Assembly (NCBI GenBank): GCA_937996685.1
Contig: CALKUP010000015.1
Location: 71,900-135,899 of the forward strand
DNA length: 64,000 nt
Direction of reading: 5' to 3'
Source: an uncultured bacterium
Lineage (GTDB): Bacteria > Patescibacteriota > Patescibacteriia > UBA9570 > XYC2-FULL-38-9
Of the stretch, positions 61,034-64,000 are shown in pieces; within the stretch, counting starts at the first letter, position 1, and every line of letters begins with the position of its first letter. A program made the position numbers and the translations under genes. The notes under the pieces were generated by a model. The model saw nothing but the letters and a program-made list of their open reading frames with translations. It searched no databases and had not been told where the DNA came from.

Positions 61034-61441
61034 TCAGGCCTTTGGAACGCGGCGGTAGTCTTTGAATGTAGGGTGTTGCAGCACACCAACATTCGTATCC
61101 ACCAGATGCCTCCTTTCTTCAATTTCCCCCGCTTCGACGAGGCCGTTAAGCCAGTCAAGCAGACTGGAGTCAAAGCCGGGATACACCCACTCGCCCTCAG
61201 GCGCGTCGGCGAACATTTGCGCAAAGTGCGCTTTTTTAGCCAAGCGCTCTTTCTCCTGGTCTTCCGGGGTCACAGTCCTCACAGACAGAACGGTACCGCC
61301 AGGGTAGGTCTGCTTGTAACCTCCTGGGATCAACTCCAAAATTCCGTCATCCTGAGGCACGCGTTTTTTCGATTTTTTACGGAAAGAAGACCGCAAGAGG
61401 AGCAAGAGACACAGGACAGACAGACCGATGAAAAACCACAT
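61034..61441 (-). CDS. Small GC-rich membrane-anchored hypothetical protein (cassette gene A)
   Basis: About 135 aa from MWFFIGLSV; N-terminal TM; the upstream part of the track ORF (61442..61573) is the shared 5' module and is probably non-coding. Confidence 0.45.
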   Translation of the reverse strand: MWFFIGLSVLCLLLLLRSSFRKKSKKRVPQDDGILELIPGGYKQTYPGGTVLSVRTVTPEDQEKERLAKKAHFAQMFADAPEGEWVYPGFDSSLLDWLNGLVEAGEIEERRHLVDTNVGVLQHPTFKDYRRVPKA

Positions 61442-61447
61442 GAGGCC

Positions 61448-61557
61448 TCCGGTTTGACCTAGACGGTCAAGGTTGCAACGAACATCAACTCTTTTTGCAG
61501 CACCATGCCGCGGAAAAGCTGACGCTCGATCATACTGATTTCTATTACATCCGTCAA
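61448..61557 (-). promoter_or_regulatory. Cassette 5' module, copy A: sigma70-like promoter (TTGACG, 17 nt, TATGAT) plus a conserved 5'UTR of about 75 nt
   Basis: Near-identical to 63080..63165; the -10 element lies inside the conserved block and the -35 just outside it. Confidence 0.55.
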
Positions 61558-61649
61558 GAGAACGCATTAACACATAGGGTTGACTTTCGGTTTTTATTCG
61601 GTTATTATTTTTATACCTTTATACGAATACAAAAAAACAATTATTTACT

Positions 61650-62636
61650 ATGAAAAAGAAGCCTGTATCTCAAACACTCATTTATCAAACAAAATCCGGA
61701 GCCTTGGAACTGCGAGGCGATTATTCGCGTGAAACCATTTGGGCAACACGCACACAAATGGCCGAGATATTCAATGTGAATCCACCGGCGATTTCAAAGC
61801 ATATTCAAAATATCTATAAAGAAGACGAACTAAAGCGAAAAGCAACTAGTTCCAAAATGGAACTAGTTCAAGACGAAGGGGGCCGCCAAATTAAACGTAC
61901 AGTTGATATTTATAATCTCGATGTCATTATAGCCGTTGGCTATCGAATTAATTCGGTAGTTGGCACTCAATTCCGACAATGGGCGACCAAAACTCTCCGC
62001 TCACACATTGTCGATGGCTACACCATCAACAAAAAACGAATCAAATACAACCTTGATTCATTTTTACAATCAGTCGATGACATTCGCGCGCTATTGCCTA
62101 ACGAACAAGCTATTGATCCAAAAAATGTACTGGATTTAGTGAAAGAGTTTGCAACCACCTGGATGTCACTGGATGCGTATGATAAAGACACCTTACAAAT
62201 CAGTGGAACAACGAAAAAATCAGTCGAACTCAATGGAGAAGAATTACTCAGCGCCATTCAAACATTACGGGCAGAACTCATCAAAAAACGTGAGGCAACG
62301 GACATTTTTGCGCAAGAACGCACAATAAAAAGCGTTGAAGGGATTATCGGAAACGTCATGCAATCATTTAGTGGTAAACCTGTCTATCCAACAATTGAAG
62401 AAAAGGCCGCTCATTTACTCTATTTTATGGTGAAAAATCATCCATTTGTTGATGGAAATAAGAGATCCGGGGCATTTGCCTTTGTATGGTTTTTACGAAA
62501 AACGCCGATTGCAGGCGCTCAAAACATGAACCCTGCAGCCCTCACTGCCCTCACACTGCTTATCGCTGAAAGCAATCCGACCAAAAAAGACCAAATGATT
62601 GCCTTAGTGACAACGCTATTGCGCGGGCAGAAATAA
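61650..62636 (+). CDS. Fic/Doc-family protein with an N-terminal RhuM-like DNA-binding domain
   Basis: 328 aa; Fic motif HPFVDGNKRSGA; N-terminal RhuM/KilA-N-like region. Confidence 0.7.
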   Translation: MKKKPVSQTLIYQTKSGALELRGDYSRETIWATRTQMAEIFNVNPPAISKHIQNIYKEDELKRKATSSKMELVQDEGGRQIKRTVDIYNLDVIIAVGYRINSVVGTQFRQWATKTLRSHIVDGYTINKKRIKYNLDSFLQSVDDIRALLPNEQAIDPKNVLDLVKEFATTWMSLDAYDKDTLQISGTTKKSVELNGEELLSAIQTLRAELIKKREATDIFAQERTIKSVEGIIGNVMQSFSGKPVYPTIEEKAAHLLYFMVKNHPFVDGNKRSGAFAFVWFLRKTPIAGAQNMNPAALTALTLLIAESNPTKKDQMIALVTTLLRGQK

Positions 62637-62641
62637 ACTAT

Positions 62642-62756
62642 AACAGTACTCTAATAAAACAAAACCCCGAAACACCGCGACAACAATCTTCATGGAAGAC
62701 GTTGTGTTGGTGTCCGAGGGAGCCGAGCGACGAGACGGAATCGACTTAGCGTTCAG
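62642..62756 (-). repeat. Cassette 3' module, copy B
   Basis: See copy A. Confidence 0.8.
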
Positions 62757-63062
62757 CTACTGCCCTTGCTCGAGGGCAGCAATTTGAGCCTCGACCTCAG
62801 GAGTGCAGGGGACATTGGCCATAACGAACCCGTCATGACCAAGGCTATCGTGCTTGAAAAAGCACAGATTTGTTCTGAAGTCCCGGATGTAATACCCTTC
62901 GAGAACCTCTTCTTGAGAGTCTGCCAAGCGAGAATCTTCTTCGGGCCAGAACAACATAAAGAGGATCGAAAAAATCAAGAAGGCGCAGAAGATCAACGAG
63001 AACAGAGCCTCCGCATTCTTGTCGAGGAAACCCTTAAACCAAGACCGCAGATTTGCGAACAT
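62757..63062 (-). CDS. Small GC-rich membrane-anchored hypothetical protein (cassette gene B)
   Basis: 101 aa; N-terminal TM helix; unrelated in sequence to gene A. Confidence 0.45.
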   Translation of the reverse strand: MFANLRSWFKGFLDKNAEALFSLIFCAFLIFSILFMLFWPEEDSRLADSQEEVLEGYYIRDFRTNLCFFKHDSLGHDGFVMANVPCTPEVEAQIAALEQGQ

Positions 63063-63079
63063 GGGACACCTCTGGTAAT

Positions 63080-63180
63080 CGACCTAAACGGCCGAGGTTG
63101 CAACGAACATCAACTCTTTTTGCAGCACCATGCCGCGGAAAAGCTGACGCTCGATCATACTGACTACACCCAAAAAAGTC
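63080..63180 (-). promoter_or_regulatory. Cassette 5' module, copy B: promoter (TTGACT, 16 nt, TATGAT) plus conserved 5'UTR
   Basis: See copy A. Confidence 0.55.
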
Positions 63181-63278
63181 AAGGAAATACCCAAGCTCAG
63201 AAAGAACAATATTGCTTGGCGAAAGAGCGTACAATATGCTATACTTTGCCTATAAATCTCTGAATTTCTTACTATTTT

Positions 63279-63881
63279 ATGCATATTTACTGGCACGGAC
63301 TTTCCTGCGTGAAGCTCCAAGTGGGCGATATCAATGTCGTCATTAACCCATTCCAAAACGAGACTGGCCTTTCAATGCCAAAGCTCAAAGTTGACATCGT
63401 CGCGACAACAAATCTCGATGACCCACAAACCAACAACATCGATCGCCTTCAAGGAGATCCTATCATTGTCCAAAACGCAGGTGAATATGAAATTCACGGC
63501 GTGTTCTTTTATGGACTGCAACACAAATCAGGCAACACCTTGTTTGCAATTGAAGCTGAAGGCATGCGCTTGGGTCATCTTGGCAGCGAACCCGTTGAAC
63601 TCACCTCTCAAGAGTTAGAATTATTCGAAGGCGTCGATATTTTGTTCCTCCCAATCACTGGCGACCAAAAATTAATCGCGAAACTCATCTCGCACATTGA
63701 ACCACGCGTCATTATCCCGATCCAATACGCGTCAAAGGGTGTCAAAGCAAAACTCGACAATCTCGAAGGCTTCAGTAAAGAAATGGGAATGAAGATGCCT
63801 GAACCAGAAACAAAAGTCATCATCAAAGAAAAGCAATTGCCTGCCGAAGAAACACAAGTGATTGTCCTTGCAGCCGCTTAA
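63279..63881 (+). CDS. MBL-fold metallo-hydrolase
   Basis: 200 aa; beta-lactamase-fold pattern (HGVFFYG...GHLGSE...). Confidence 0.55.
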   Translation: MHIYWHGLSCVKLQVGDINVVINPFQNETGLSMPKLKVDIVATTNLDDPQTNNIDRLQGDPIIVQNAGEYEIHGVFFYGLQHKSGNTLFAIEAEGMRLGHLGSEPVELTSQELELFEGVDILFLPITGDQKLIAKLISHIEPRVIIPIQYASKGVKAKLDNLEGFSKEMGMKMPEPETKVIIKEKQLPAEETQVIVLAAA

Positions 63882-63899
63882 CTCCATATCACCCAGGCT

Positions 63900-64000
63900 A
63901 TGAACGCTGAAGAACAAAAAAAATTCGCCATTCTCGTTGGACTCGCCTTTCTCATCATCGTCCTTCTCTGGATTGCAACGTGGGGTTGGCAAAGTCAGCA
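63900..64000 (+). CDS. Hypothetical membrane protein, N-terminal fragment (continues beyond the window)
   Basis: ATG at 63900 followed by a hydrophobic stretch FAILVGLAFLIIVLLWIA. Confidence 0.3.
   Translation, partial: MNAEEQKKFAILVGLAFLIIVLLWIATWGWQSQ

Noticed and set aside
61442-61573. N-terminal 44 aa of track ORF 61034..61573 (MLMRSLDGCNRNQYDRASAFPRHGAAKRVDVRCNL...)
   Set aside because: This stretch is encoded by the conserved 5' module that also precedes the unrelated gene 62757..63062, where it is out of frame with that gene. It is most likely non-coding 5'UTR and promoter sequence.
1-64000. CRISPR arrays or IS elements
   Set aside because: No regularly spaced direct repeats with unique spacers and no transposase-like ORF were found. 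The repeats seen are pairs, not arrays.

Overview
The window has a low-GC (about 40%) backbone resembling a reduced-genome bacterium, with many hypothetical surface and membrane proteins. Features in order: a 5'-truncated queA; a complete nine-gene V/A-type ATPase operon on the minus strand (G/H-I-K-E-C-F-A-B-D); a dense cation-transport neighbourhood (NhaB, two Kup, two Trk/Ktr-type, an ArsB/NhaD-type permease, an APC/KimA-like transporter, two CBS-pair proteins, a PadR regulator); a tRNA/rplS cluster; an ANT(2'')/LinA-like nucleotidyltransferase; D-Ala-D-Ala ligase; a WxL/DUF916-like surface-protein cluster; a surface-polysaccharide cluster (two O-antigen-ligase-like proteins, a GT4 and a Wzx/MurJ-like flippase); rluD, a LOG-family protein and a methyltransferase; ftsH; an S1 protein; a Fic/Doc RhuM-like protein; an MBL-fold hydrolase. 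Seven tRNAs are readable by eye (Val-TAC, Leu-GAG, Ala-TGC, Ser with an ACT anticodon, Ile with a TAT anticodon, Val-GAC).

The most unusual signal is a recurring pattern of GC-rich (about 60%) gene-sized inserts in the AT-rich backbone, each carrying short conserved flanking modules: (i) two divergent kup genes share near-identical leaders of about 250 nt and trailers of about 140 nt; (ii) two small GC-rich membrane-protein genes share a module running from the promoter -10 through the 5'UTR and a 3' imperfect-hairpin module, and they bracket a Fic/Doc gene; (iii) three further genes are flanked by duplicated hairpins or a perfect 17-bp direct repeat; (iv) a 17-bp copy of the tRNA-Val 3' end sits 180 bp from that tRNA, next to a GC-rich gene. 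No integrase, transposase or recombinase is visible in the window, so this looks like an undescribed cassette-like gene-acquisition arrangement, or the orphan traces of one. PadR-associated TGATATA palindromes and a shared GCACATTCACAT box suggest a common regulatory circuit over the acquired cation transporters. No CRISPR array or IS element was found.
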